A stretch of DNA of 64,000 nt from Spizellomyces punctatus DAOM BR117. Taxonomy: Eukaryota. The notes beneath the pieces were generated by a model. It was not told where the DNA came from. It worked only from the letters and a program-made list of their open reading frames with translations, and did not search any database. The position numbers and the translations under genes are program-made. The stretch lies in assembly GCA_000182565.2 (NCBI GenBank), contig KQ257456.1; one strand, 5' to 3'. Positions 25,006 to 39,214 of the stretch are shown in pieces. Every line of letters begins with the position of its first letter. Within the stretch, counting starts at the first letter, position 1.

Positions 25006-25366
25006 ATGAACCAGGTAATGTTACAGTTTCCATACCATTTGAAAAGCATCCGCGCTAAAACGTAAGCTACGAGAAAGATTCAAGAAGGCGATTACGTCGG
25101 CACCCGTTACCGCGGTGGAACACACCAAGGCTATGCCGCCCAAGTTTCTGACGGGAAAGTCGTGTTTAAAGATCAGCACGGGCACACGGTACGGAATTTT
25201 AATAGAAAGTTTCAAGAGTTTGAGAATCCTCATGTATGGTGGTTAGGTTACCCATAATGTGTCCACCCTCGCCAAAGACCCGGATAGAAGTCCAAGCACT
25301 CAGAACTTGGATGAAACCCAAAAGGAGCAACTGAGGAAAGCATGGAAGCAAGAAATGGGGCAGTGA
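25006..25366 (+). CDS. Small Hva1-TUDOR (DUF2945)-like protein, missed by the ORF track
   Basis: Three exons: MNQ|IQEGDYVGTRYRGGTHQG...VVFKDQHGHT|VTHNVSTL...; the exact first acceptor is uncertain. Confidence 0.7.
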
Positions 25367-25545
25367 ATGCACTCAGCAAGTACTGATTCCATGAATCGAT
25401 GCCGCCGCGCAAGCCTGATGAAAACAAAAAGATTCGGGACAGCAAGCACATGGGGATAGTCCAGTCAATTCCTTTTGGCAAGCACATGTACATATTCATA
25501 TTATGACCAAATGAGAATAAAATATATGGAATTATGTTGTGGCCA

Positions 25546-28539
25546 TTATGATGATCCCACACTCGACGGGGAACTCGGTCCTGACCCTTCTTTGGTGTCC
25601 GCCCATACTTTCAACCAACCAGCCAAATCTTCCCCGTCTGCTAGCCCTGCAGTTTCCTTCTCCACACCTAAAGCCCACACGACCGTTCGGCGAAGCTGTG
25701 GATCCTCTCTGAATGCAACAAAATCAATCCGCGCTCCATTGTATGCATCCACGACCCTACCATGACCCTGCTTACCTCAGTAATATCGCTGAAAATTGGA
25801 CAGCGGCCTTTATTCCAGCGGTGGCAAGCAACTGCATGATAATGGGTGTAAAATCATACTCATGGGATGTTACGCGGATGAGGCGAATCACAGAGTAGTA
25901 TTGACCTATCGCGAGAAGGCAATCGATAATCTACGTATGAGATGAGTCAGCATATCAGAGATTATACCAGAAAATAAAGAATGAGTCAAATACCTTATCC
26001 AAAACATTCGCTCGACTGTAAATCGACAACGCAAACGACACGTCATGCGGACGAAACAGGTCACCAAGATCTTCAGTGCATTCAAACTGGAAAACGTAAC
26101 CCACATATGAGAAAGCGGCGCAGACTTGAACAGTGTGGTGGGACGTACCCGTTCCCCAATTAAACAATCCCAAAACTCTCCAAACTGTTTGTCAGCTATT
26201 GCTACCTCGGCTGCAAAGATATAATTAGTCTTCTAGTAGACCGGAGAATTCATACAGTCCTTCAACTCACCAAACCTGATCGCCTCATACTCTGTCAAAT
26301 CATCATCCCCTTCAAGCACTCTATTCAGATAATATCGGACGGGATCATTTTCCTTTTCTTTCTTTGAAGCGATCTTTCTGGCAACGGAGGCAAAAATCCG
26401 TGTCCAATCGGATGCCGCCGTCTCAGGTTCAACCATAGGCTGCTTCCCCTTATCAGCAGCGCGCCCCTCATTCCACATTGAATACGACTGTATCTCGCTA
26501 ACTGCTTCAGCACTTTCAAAGAACCATGCGAGAAAATCCGCCTGTCGGAGCTCGTCAGTACATCTAGTTCGAGCCAGTATATCGGCCGCATGCTTCCATT
26601 CCCCTCGCATCAAAAGCCGTTGGATGGACGCCAGCGCCTCCGCATGTGTTGTACGATCCATGACCGTGGGAAGCATCAAAGTCTTCAAACGACTCAATCT
26701 TTGGGTGGCCACGATTTCTTTTACTCCGTACCAAGGAGTGTAGTCGCATTTGAGCACGTCGGCTAGTTCCATCAGAGGCAAACTCAAACTTTGTTTGTCC
26801 GCAACAAGTCCTATAAAGTGCGAATGAGCGACCGTGCGGATCTGCCTACCGCACCCAATCACATACCTATTGGAATACCAAAGCATCTCACACTTTGTAA
26901 AACTGTGTAATACAGGTTGTCACCTTTGGAAAGAAGGAATATCTGAGCATTTGATGCATAAATTCTTTGTTCATATTGACTCTACCTGGTTGTGTCTGGT
27001 ACCGCCCATGTAGATGCAAGCGCACATATCCCCCAACTACCAGAGTGGGTTTGATATTGAAGGATTGTGAGACTAATTGTTGTGAATTACTGTTAAGAGC
27101 TAGCGCACACAGATGAAGACAAACTCGAGCAAGTGCATACCATTTCGGTTTTCCACAGGAAACAATTCACTGATAAAATGCATATTCTCTGGTTCAGGTG
27201 AAAAACCAATAGACATGGTCATGTACCTGGGCGCATATATCGGCATCCTGCTTCCTCAGTTAGCTATCAAATACTTTGAAAAACAAGGAGCAATAATGGA
27301 CCCTACTCACCCTCGTTGGTAGCGCGCCTTATATGGAGTGATCTCCACTCTCGTCACAATACAAACTGGCTGCCTCAGTTTGTATACCAGCCATTCTGAT
27401 GAGAGCATGTCAGCAGTCCCTTTGGACGACCAAAAAGTGCGTGCTGAGCTGCAAAGAAATATACGGTAAGCAGGATATCATAATACAACAATTAGAGTTT
27501 AATCATGTCACTTACTCGTCCAGGGTACACGCAATAGTCTGCTGTTCATCATCTTCGGATGATGCTGTTTATGCAGTATAATGTAAGTATATCTATGACC
27601 ACAGCATAAAGAGAGATGCGGTTGCTACCTTGTAGCCCTTGCTCAAGCAGATCTAGTGGCTCTTGCTCAGCCATTATAGTCACTTCCCCAATCTCCCGAA
27701 AGAATTGCTTTGGATCATGTATTAACTCTGTAAAGCGGACCTTTTTTGCATTTTCTGGCATGCGCAGATCCTGGCTCTTGGGTAACGTAAAGGAGGACGG
27801 TGATGCAGGTGACATCGGTGACACTAGGTCCTTTGCATCGCCATCATGAAGTACATATGGGAGGCCACTGGTACCTGGATGCGCTGGAGATGGTGAATAT
27901 ATCACTGGCGGAGGTCGAAGGCGTTCGTAACGCTCTCGTCCGTCTGGTAGCGACGGGAGCTATTTCAACAAGATAAGAATTGATGTTCAACAGCCGTGGT
28001 ATAGATCTGCTCACCTTTCGTACAATATGGTCAACGGACTGTCTAGAGACCTCCCGTCGGGGAGATAAGGAGGGAAATTGCGACGAACCAGTATCAGAAG
28101 CCGTGGAAGATAAACCGAGCACATCCGGAGAGCGGGACCGTCTAGATGCTGTGGGGACTGCCAGGCTATCCCGATTCGGATTGGGAAAGGTTGACGACAA
28201 AGTGGTTTCCATAGCGTCGATGCAGTCCTCGGGAGGAAGCACCCATCGGAGAGGTCTGTCCGCAACTATGGTGGACGAAATAAAGCACCGCTCTCTCCAC
28301 AATGCGTCACTTTCCACTCTAAAAGATCAATAATGAATGTGAGTGGGTGGTACAAGAGACATTCGCTGCTTAAAAGAATGACAATACATTTGATGCCATC
28401 GTTTGCACACACGAGTGACGGCGGGAAGAGAAGTAGTGTCAACAAACGACAGACAGCGCAGTGCAAGTTCCACAGGGAGATACAGGAACGGGTCCATAGT
28501 GCAAGTCTGTGGAGAGGGCGAGGAGCCAGATGCATCCAT
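25546..28539 (-). CDS. F-box protein (multi-exon, C-terminal region unrecognised)
   Basis: DPFLYLPVELALRCLSFVD...VTRVCKRWH|VESDALWRERC; a chain of minus-strand exons continues to about 25546. The 3' extent is uncertain. Confidence 0.65.
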
Positions 28540-28775
28540 AGTGCGATGCAATGTAACTGATCTGGAACACAATTGAAGGAACCGCGATGAAAGATGTCTG
28601 TCACACTGTTACGTAACCATCTATATCCCTCGCCTTTCAAACCTTGCTAGAACTGCATCCAGATCAACGCAAAAGGGAAATACTGGCCACCAGGGCTCAG
28701 CTACGTATTTAGGCATTACATACAGAATATTACATGCATCGTATATATACTATACTGATACTAACTATGAGGTAT

Positions 28776-31283
28776 CTAGAAAAGGGATCCCAACGACGTC
28801 CTGACGCCATTTTGGGCATAGGCGATAGTGGTTTCATAGCTCCCAACTCTAACCCTCATTTCCGCTGTTACGTCAACCAAGAGGTTTCCTCCAACCGCTT
28901 GGAACAAGCCAGTGATGGCGGCTCCATTGATTTGCAGCTTGAGGTCAATCTTGGGGGTAGACCCAGATGTCTTGCCTTGGAGAGTAAAAGCGGGAGAGAC
29001 AGTTTGGGATTCGATCGCCGCGATGGTTTGACCACTACTCTTGATTGTACTGTCGAGGGAGACTAATGTGAACGGGGCGTCAAAGGGATTGGTGAGAGCT
29101 ATTGTGACAGATGCAGTTTGGCTTATGATGGTGCCGAGGACGCCGTTGAGGGATAACGTGGTAGATTGGATTAGTGTTGGTTGGATGCCGTTGAGAGTCG
29201 TGGGAATGGAAAGTGTGGCAAGAGCAGGTGCCAGGGATCCAATGCGACCGCTTTGCGGGGTGCCGTTAATGGTGATGGTAGAGGTGCGACCACCGAGGAA
29301 GTTTGTCAGCATCACTTTGCCAGCTGCCAAGGCATCGGCGGAATCTGGTGCGGGGTTGAAGAGGGCTGTGGCCGTAATGGCATTTTCTCCACGCTAAATG
29401 ATAATTAACAGTTCCATTGAGTGCTGCTTTCAAAAGGAGAGCCAGTATGATCCTTGATTAACATACCTTGATTCCAGTATCAGGCAAAGACACAGTCCCG
29501 ACTTTCTGATTTTGGAACACCATATCAAATGTGATTTCTCCGAGGCCCGACAGACTTATTTGTGATGGATTTCCAAGTATCGTGCCAATCTCAAGTTGAA
29601 TGCCGGCTTGAGATCCGCCCTTGATTGCAACAGAGTTGATTCTAATATTGCGAAGTGAATTCATGCCTAATCAAAAGTGTTAAAATGCGCTATCGTGTCA
29701 TAGAATGCATGTCAGAAAGAAAAATACCTTTGACCGTAGGAGAGTCCACGATAGGCACGTTACTAATTGTTACAACTCCAGCAGCAGTTGCCGCCTGCAC
29801 CGTTGAACTACCCTTCAGCGGAAATGGTACAGTGTCCCCCGTCAACAGTCCTTTCATAAACTCGGCAAATTGGGCGTTTTTCCCGGGTATTGCCTTCAAG
29901 GTGCCACCGGCCACCTTTGTCGAAAGAGTCCCTTTCGTACTGTCGCCATCTGCTTCAGCGGTGGGAGCTTCTAACGTTGCGATATCTTCCTTGGTTGATG
30001 CGGAGGTAATGGTAATGCGCTGTTGAACTTGGTTGATTTTGAGTGGGAATGCTAAAGGAGATTTGAATGTTGCTGTCAAAGAGCCAACTGATACGGCAGC
30101 TGAGAGGCCAGAAGGATCATTCGGGGAAAATGCCACATCCATATCACCCAATTTAATGTCCGATATAAGTTTTTGAGGAACTGGCGGGACGAGGGAGACG
30201 GAAAGTGGGATGCCTTGGAATCCTTTAACCAACCAATCGGCGGCACCACTAGGAGGAACAACGTTTGTCCCAGTAACGGTCAAGTTGGCCGGCTGTCCAG
30301 CAATATACGACGTAAACATCTGCGATAATGCTTTGAGGGCCGTCGGTGTAGTGCCAGTCAGTAACCGCCCGGAGAGAGGCAATGAGTTCGCTCCTGGAAC
30401 CAATGTCACGTTTTTCGCAGACAAGGTGCCGACCGTGGCTCCTTCAAAGCTCACCGAGAATTCGATGGTGCCCAATTCGATTGTCATAGGGGATGGGTTA
30501 TCCATCAGCGTTGTTGTCACAATCTGGATCCCGCCCGCAGGATCATTCCGTGGCAAATCAAAAGAAGTAATGCTGATATTTCTGAGACCATTCAAGGCTG
30601 GAGTAGGCATGTAATTAGACGGACGAAGGACATGATATAGCACGGAACGACCTACCTTTCATTTTCACTGTCTTGTCCATGGTGAGCCCTTTGATGGTCA
30701 TACCGAACGCCTTGGCTTGCGCTTTTCCGTTCAATCTCCACTCAAAGTCTGCTCCCAACATCATAAATCGGGCAAACTTTGTCATGGCCGCGGTATCTAC
30801 AATTTGCACATTGGCATCCTTTATTGCCAAATCTCCTTTTGCTCCCTTGACCACCAAATCGGGCATTCCTAGGATCCGTGCCAATGGCACATCTGTGCCG
30901 TTTGTCCCTGATCCGGTCCATGTCACATCCACAGTCCCGTCTACAAAGGATATTGTGGCATCGATGGATCCAGCATCTTCCACAAAACCTTGAGACGATA
31001 GCGCAAACGAAGACGACGTAGCCTTTGAAATAGACGCTGACGATAACGTCAATTTACTTCCATTAATGTTGGCTTGGGCAATTTTCGGTACAATGACGAG
31101 AAAAAGGATGGGTAGGAAAATAGCCAGAGAGACGGATGTGACAAAGAGGCAAATGTATATTTTTCTTTGGCGAGAAGTCCGACCAAGCTTTGGTAGGAGT
31201 GGACGTCTAGGCGTCGGATATCGTTCCAACGATGGAGCAGCATCAAAGGAATCCGATGTCGGAGGCTTTGGTTCTTCTGCCAT
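28776..31283 (-). CDS. DUF3712-repeat single-pass membrane protein
   Basis: N-terminal TM followed by IVPKIAQANINGS; repeated NPSPMTIELG/NPSQISLSGLG motifs; FDLPRNDPAGGI; four exons. Confidence 0.85.
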
Positions 31284-32316
31284 GCTCAAGTTACAAGACT
31301 TGATTCTCAAAAGTCATACACAAGATATAGGGCCCCACAAGAGAAAGATTTCCATTCAGTCGAATAGATTTAAAGAATTACAGAATTTTGTTAATTCTTG
31401 GCGATCCTCCGCTAAAAGTACAGGACAACAAAGCTGTTCCTTTTCCAAACAACAAACAAGCGAGAAGCGACAGAAAAAAAGAAAAAGCAAATGGGTTATT
31501 TTCCATCATACTTGACACTTGTAGAACACTTGTAGAACACTTTGGGGTGGCCAGGTGCGTTTTGAAAGCGATCGGACGCGTACGTAAGCGCACACTTTAA
31601 CACAAGCACAACTGAAAATTTCGCAATTAAGGTTGTCGCAAGTGTGATTTTTGGGGTTTGTTGCATACATCAATTTACCCTCATCTGACATTATCTTTTT
31701 TAAAGAAGGGCCATGTAACGGATTCAGTTGATTTTTTAGTGTTCGGCACTACGGCAAACCGCACTTGAGTAAAAGGTTTCTGCGAAAACTGCCAAGGAAT
31801 CGTCGACACGAACATGCCATCCACTCTTGTATAGGATCATTTGAGTTGTATGCGATCGTCAAATTACACGGCGGAGATATAGCCGCTTCCCCTTTGATAT
31901 AGCCGGGGCCGACTAGCCGGTTTATAGGCGGGCTGCCCTGACCATTCTCGCTAATCTCAGTGAGGAACGGGAGATTGATGAACGTCGCATGGCGTTCAGG
32001 AAATTTTTGACCTGGTAAAGCTGAAGACTCGGTAAAGCAAAGCATTTGCATCGCGATACTGGCTTTTTTGGCGGTACTTGGAGCAACCTGGCAACATGGC
32101 TCATTCATGAATTCATGATTTGTTGCATCGAATTTCAGAATTAATTATTGACAGTAATAGCATGGTTGACACAGGGCTACATTCAAACCTTATTCGATAC
32201 TGATGAGTTTTCGATTATGCATATATCTCAATCTGTCCTGACAGATCCACCAATACACTACAACTAAATGATGCAAAATATATGACGCTTTCCCTAAGAA
32301 GGCTAGCTAAAATGAA

Positions 32317-34817
32317 TCAGGACTTGCGCTCAAAGCTAGCAACTTGAGACCGTTTGCTAAACGGATGCTGTGAAGATCGATTCAGTACCATGAGCATCAT
32401 GATCATCATGCATTAATGTACTTACGCTCTCGTAATCCGTCACAATATCGCCGCTTTTGACGTCGCGTACGCCTAGTGGCACATACGATCGCTTCCCTTC
32501 ACCAGTGTACACTTGCCTCGGCCTCCAGATTTTGGCATCCGGATCCTCAAGAGATTCCACCCAATGACTGGCAAATGAAAATGAGTGCAATGTATAGCAA
32601 CACTAGAAAATTTACCAACTCACGCGAGCCATCCAGCCACCCGAGGAATGGCAAACAAGACTGGGAAGAAGTCTGTTGGGAAACCCATTGCTGCAAGCCA
32701 GTGCTACATTAGCGGCGCGACGATGATACCATGACCGCAATGTATGAGTATACCTTTGTAGATCAATCCTGAGTAAACTGGCGAAAGAACATGTCAGGCT
32801 GCTGCTTCAAGTTACGGCAGCGACGAAACCATGCTTACAGTCTACGTTGGGATAAAGCTTCTTTGACGTAAAGAATTCATCCGAGAGTGCTCTCTTTTCC
32901 AGCTCGATGGCAACTTCAATCAAGGGTTCTTTACCGCAGACGTCAAACACCTGGCGACTCTGCGATTAGATACGTGAAGATGTGAAAGGCACACCCCACT
33001 GCTTCCCACCTCGTACGCAATCCTGCGAATAATCTTCGCACGTGGATCATAGTTCTTGTACACGCGGTGACCAAAGCCCATCAACTTGCGCTTGCGCTGC
33101 TTAACCTGCTCCAAGAATGGGGCAACATTGTCAACGGACCCGATCTCTTCCAGCATGCGAAGTACAGCCTAGCAATTACGCAAAAGTCCATTAGCGACTA
33201 TGAATAAGTACTTTGAGCTCGGGCCTCTTTCTCACCTCGTTGGCACCTCCGTGGAGAGGGCCGTACAGAGCAGAAGCGGCTCCGGCAACCGCACTAGTGA
33301 TCATGGGAAATAACGATCACCACATGTGCCTAGTACGTGGGTGGTAGGGTCTCATCCTTACCTGTATGGGTCAACAAGACTAGAGCCAATGTGACGCATG
33401 GCTGCAGTAGAACACTGTAGTATCAAAACAATGAGAACACTGACAATAGGTACAGATGAGCCACGTAACACGCACATTCAATTCGTGATCTGCATGTAAG
33501 ATAAACAAAACGTCCAGCGCTTTCGCAAGCTTAGGATTAGGCTTGTAGTTTTCTTCGCTCAGATAATCCATCATGTACAAAAAGTTTTCCGTATAGGACA
33601 AGTCATTGCGAGGGTTGTTGAAATGACGACCAATACGGTGACTAAACAGAGTATTTAATCATATGCACGACAATATGGAAGGCGTGAAACCGCACTTACC
33701 GATAACAGCTGGCAGCAACCGTGGGAACCTTGCCCATAAGACGTAAGATTTGTTTATTGCGAACGCGAGAATCCTTCTTGTAAATTTCGTTTCCAGCTAG
33801 AGCGGGGTTTGCTTCTGGATGGAAAGTCGACATTGCAGCAACCGAGCTGGGGTAATAGTGAGCCATGGCTGTTCCCAGCACCTCACGAAGCTTTCATACC
33901 TGATAAACATTCCCATCGGATGTGCATCGTAATTGAAACTCTGCATGAGGGTTTGAACCCGTGTGTGGATAAATGTATGCCGCATAACTTGGTTCGTCCA
34001 TGCATCATACTGGGTCTTAACGCACTCTTTTAATTAACATGAAAGCATGCAGGCGTCAAAAAGTGTTCCTACCTTGCTGGGCAGTTCGCCGTAGATGAGA
34101 AGATATGAGACCTCCAAGAAGTTTGACTTTTCCGCAAGTTCTTCAATAGGATAGCCTCTATAACGGAGGATCCCCTTGTCCCCATCAATTTCGCAAATCT
34201 TAGAACGTGCCACGGCGGTGTTCTGATAAGCTGGGTCGTAGATCCTGATGCCGGGGCCAGCACCTTCTTTGATCTTTTGGAAGTCGGTCGCTTTAATAGT
34301 ACCTTCCTCGATAGGCACCTCGTAAGTTTTACCTACATAAGGGTTTGGTTGTTATTTTGCTGAGAATGCTACAGTGGTGATAGATTTGAAGCTGTATTAC
34401 CGGTACGATTATCCAGAACTGTCAAAGTGTTGGCGTTGGACCTGCATGATATCTGTACTGTTAGTAGGGCGCCACTAAACTTGACCATCATTGGCCATTC
34501 AAAAAGACAGTTGAGCACGCTCGCGGCAATCTCACCGTCTAGACAAGAGCACGAAGGAGGTTGGTTGGTTGGTGTCTGGCCCAGCTGCAATTTCAAATGT
34601 CTGTCCCGATTTCCTATCTGTGAGGGTAAACTGCGTAGCTTCCCTACATTCGTGACAGCAGATGATCAACCATTGTCCTGCGTCGGTGAAAGTCTCATGT
34701 TCGCTTGGCTACTCACGCCTTGTTGACCGGGGCTACTTTGGCACCGCGTGAAACCAGGTCATCACTGCCAGCAAGATGGCCAGCGATGGCATCGATGCGC
34801 GCTTTGGCTTCCAGCAT
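32317..34817 (-). CDS. Citrate synthase, peroxisomal/glyoxysomal (bacterial-like) type with PTS2
   Basis: [64 protein letters not shown]; exon 1 reads [15 protein letters not shown]. Confidence 0.95.
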
Positions 34818-35298
34818 AGTTTCGCTGATATCAAAATCTGAGGAACCCCCGCTGTCCGAGCAACTTTTGTTTTTGTGGAGCGCTTTAAAAGGGTAGATAA
34901 GGTCTTACTTGTATGTCGGGGTAATGTCGGTTGGAGAGTCATCCTAGTGTCACCCTTTGCCGGTTCTTCACGGCAATCGCTCGTCACGTGAGAGATCGCT
35001 CGCCTGAACGGATCTCAACGACAGCCTGAACGGATTGAAGTGGCATTTTGTATCTCGGCAAGGGAAGAACGGAAAGCGTTCCAGGAAGTATCTGAAAGGA
35101 TCATTACAAAACTCTATTGTCCATCATCATTTAACATTCGATTTATAAAATCCCAACATGATCATATACATGGCGTTTATATAAAAACCACTCGATTGAA
35201 ATACCACCGCCGACCTTTCTTTATGGTCAGACAGCTTTCGGGTGATGACACACTCTGATGAGCATGTAGAAGATTCAGTTGACCACGAGCGGTATCCT

Positions 35299-38200
35299 CT
35301 ATGACTTCTCTTCACATGCGGGTCGTGAACCGTCCATGTCCTGTACAATTGGGGGTAGGCCATATCGCTCAAGCACGTCTAGAAGCATGGCTCTTGATAT
35401 CGGCTTGGATAGTGCCTCAGTAACTCCCACACGATGCAAGGCCGCGGGAGACTCAACCTGTGCTAAATGAGCAGTGGTTACCACAATTGGATGTGTGAAG
35501 CCTGCTGTCCGGATCCGGGCAGAAGCTTCCTGGCCACCCATTCCTGGCATTTCAAGGTCCTGCATGATAGAATTTTCAGTTGTCAAAGATAAAACCTCGA
35601 AAGGTTCTACAGATACTTACCATTAGTATGAGAACGTAGCTCGCCCAGTAACATCTCTGCAAAGCTTCAAATCCATTCGTTGCTTCATGCACTTCGTAAC
35701 CAAAGCTTTCTAGCATCTTTGATAGAATATCCCTACTGACACTAGAATCATCCACAACCAGAACTAATTTTCGTCCCGAAGGTATCGTATCGCTCTGTAA
35801 TTCTCTGATAGTCGGTGGTATCCTACCACTATCGGGCGGATCAACATATATGTCCTTAAATTGTGATCCTCCGAGTAGACTGTGTGGAATTGAAAGATTG
35901 GACATTGAGCTGGAAGGTGTCGAAAGAGGGCTTGGCTTCAAGGCGCTAATCGTGTGATTCGCCCCCGGGTAGAGTGTATCAATTGATGGATCTAAAAAGG
36001 TAAACCCTATGAGACTGCGGAGAGATCGTACGGCACTTATCAATGAATATTTACCAAGCTGACGACCGTTCATGCCACCGTTTGCACTTGGTTCAATGAC
36101 TTGAATCGCCGCTGTAGCGGTAAGTCTCCCATCATTTTCCTTAACCTCAGCAACCCGCTGTTGATGTTGACTTCCTTCAGCATCAATCTTGATTCCGTTC
36201 GATGTAGTATCGAGTTTGCGAATACCATAACTCTTCAATATGCTTTCGATCTGTTCTTTGGTAAAGGGCTTCGGCAGCGCATGCGACATGCCGCATTGAC
36301 GCAACTGGGTCAAAGCTTTGGCCTCCTCGCCAGGTACCACGGAGGCTGTTGTTGCAACGATGGGCGCCTGGCAGCCCATGCTTCGAATAGAGCGCGTTGC
36401 TTCGTGACCATCCACCTGTGGCATCATCACTGTTGAGGACAAGATGAGTTTCATAACCACAACCACTAATGTAATTGAGGCACATACAATCCATAAAAAT
36501 GATAGCGTATCGGGTGGTCTTCTCTGCTTCGTACATTTCTATTGCTTCTTGCCCATCAGCAGCTTGATGGATGGGCAGGTCAGTTAATTTAGACAGATGG
36601 CGGCACAATATTCGGCGGTTGATCCCCGAGTCGTCCACAACCATGATGGCTTCTTTGACCGTCTCATAGCTACTATTAGGATATTCGGGATGCTCCCATG
36701 CCGACTTGACAGGTGGAGGTGAAATATTAAGCCCGTTCGAGGTGGATATTTGAGTTGGATCGGATATCTCTGGTACATCTATACATGTTCTGGAAATCTT
36801 GGGTGCATTGGGCGTTCCGGTGTGTCCCATTGGTGCGACCCATCCATTATGTGGTCGAGATGCAGATGGATCGGCATGTCTACTTGGGTCAACATGCAGT
36901 AACGAGCTACTCCTCCTTCTGTCCATCTGTCTACCTATGTTTGTCGAAATCTCTAGTGCTTTTGCTACAAGCGGTTCATTCATGACCTGTTTTGTGAGTG
37001 CTTCAAACCTCAGATCTGAGCTTCCCTGAATGGCACTTCCGTCCTCCAGTACCTCATCAACGACCGTGACCGGTAACGTGAACCTCAAGGTTGTTCCTTG
37101 CCCGAGTACAGTACTGACATGGATGTTACCCCCCATGAGTCTGGAGATTTCGTTCGTGATCGCCAATCCAAGCCCGCTCCCTCCATATTCTCTTGCTCCA
37201 GCTGGATGAAGCGCGTACGGCCGGAAGAGGAGATCGAGCTCGGCGGCAGTCATTCCGGGGCCTGTATCAGACACACTCATTGATAATTGCGTTTTGTCTT
37301 CTGCGTTTGGTATCGGGTTCGCGGATACGTGTACAGTGATGCGAGAATAAGACGGTGCAAACTGAGGAGGGGAATACCTGACACCTCAGCTGCAATACCA
37401 AATCCGACAGAACGAAATTCTGCTCTCGTACCTTGTAAGCATGGCTTATCATATTATTCAGGACCTAAATGACCAAATCCATCGATAATAGGTTCAATTA
37501 TTGTTTGGAAGATGCCAGGTTCATAAACGTACCTGTTGTGTTCTAACTGGATCGACCAAAATGCATTTTGGAACGCTCTCATCCACGATCGTCACAAAGT
37601 TGATGGCATGCTGCCTTACAAGTTCACTTGCCCATGTAAAGGTGTCATTTAGCAAACGTCGGACGTCCACAGGTAGACTGTGAAAATGAAAGTCGCCTTT
37701 CTCGCAGCGTCCCAAATCAAGAGTATCATTGACGAGACTCAGCATGTATTCAGAAGCTAATTTGACTGCCTGGGCTGAACGCTCGACATCGACATCATCG
37801 CCGTCCTTGTTGTCTTGTTCCTTGATACCAGAAGTTGAAACCGTCTCAAGGAGAAATGAACTCATATTCAGGATTGCATGGAGCGGCTATTCCAGTGAAA
37901 AGGTCAGCATGTCGCTTATTAGGTTTTATGCGCGCAGAATATGCAACGTACATTACGCAGCTCATGACAGAGAAAAGCGAGGAAGGCTGATTTGAGTTTA
38001 CTAGTCTGCTGTTCAGTATCACGCAGCTTTGCGGCACATTCCAGTGCTTCTTGCAATTCGCCTGTCCGCTGATCCACTAGCTTCTCTACTGACCTGATCA
38101 CTCGTTGATTTTCCGCCACCACAGCGACGACGTAGAGAGCAGCGAGAATCAGCATTGCGTACCAGAAACGTATTCGCTGCAACGGCTGCATGTGGAACGT

Positions 38201-39214
38201 CGGGCTACCGGGAGGCGGGCCTAAGGGAATGCCGGGAGGAGGTGGTGGTGGCGACGAAGATGAATCGTCCATGTCTCGGTCATTGAAAATGTAAGTACTA
38301 GAAGTTGACAGCGCTATCATTGCCGCCAGCGCTGTTGAACACAGGCCAGGTATGCCAAAGATGACCCCTGCGCACAGCATCAACGGGAAACTCGTAAAGA
38401 CGGAACATTCCACGACAACTCCTAGGTCCGACATTGTCTTTGCGAATACCTCTGGGAGAATGCAGGAAGTCGTAAAGGCCAGCGTAGCGCCAATCACTTC
38501 TATTCGTCGGGAAGATCCACGGTAATGAAATGCCTGCACTTGATCCATGTTCAAACAAGCGGCTAAAGGAGCAAGAACCGCTATTCCAAACCAATCGATC
38601 GGAAAATCTTGTCGGATATTGTTAAATATATTTTGCTCAGGATCGAACTGTTGCTTCAACCATGATCTAGTCAGGGAAGCCAGGCTACATACGAGGGGAC
38701 TCAGCACTGTGAAGACCACTGCTGCCCGAGGGATGTCAAACTGGTACGGCCGGTTTTTAATGAAGCGGAGGAGCACTGCAGCAGCAGCGAGGGACTCCAC
38801 CAAGCCAATTAGGGTATAACCTAGCGCTAAGGCAGCTTGATGTACTCTCCATAGAGCGCCAAAAACTGCTACAAAGTATCCGAAAGGCAACCCAATACGA
38901 ACTCGGCGGTTTGATCGAACAAGCGCACCGATCATGATACCGTTCGGCATCCAAACGGCAGGTTTGGTTCCGATACGAAGCCACAAGGAAAAACAGCCTG
39001 TTCCAAACAGGATGATGGTCCAAATGAATACCTGCCAAGGAGAATGGATGGACCATTGGTTTCCTTCTGCAGTTACGACTTTAGAGGCGATCCAACGCAT
39101 ACAGTGGAATGAATCTTTCTGTCGGTGTCCTCCAAGGTTGCTTCCCTTTGATAGTGCTTGTGGTAATTGCTGCGAGGTCAATCCCTCTTCAAGTCGGCCC
39201 TCCTGGGAAGTCAT
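35299..39214 (-). CDS. Hybrid histidine kinase: MASE1-like membrane sensor, HisKA, HATPase_c and two receiver domains
   Basis: Multi-TM region with WMPNGI; FLCHELRN|PLHAI; DTGPGM; GSGLGLAI; REC1 VVDD..IFMD..PKPF; REC2 VVDD..ILMD..SKPI. Confidence 0.9.

Noticed and set aside
31515-31541. Short ACACTTGTAGA tandem duplication
   Set aside because: About two copies only; ordinary slippage.
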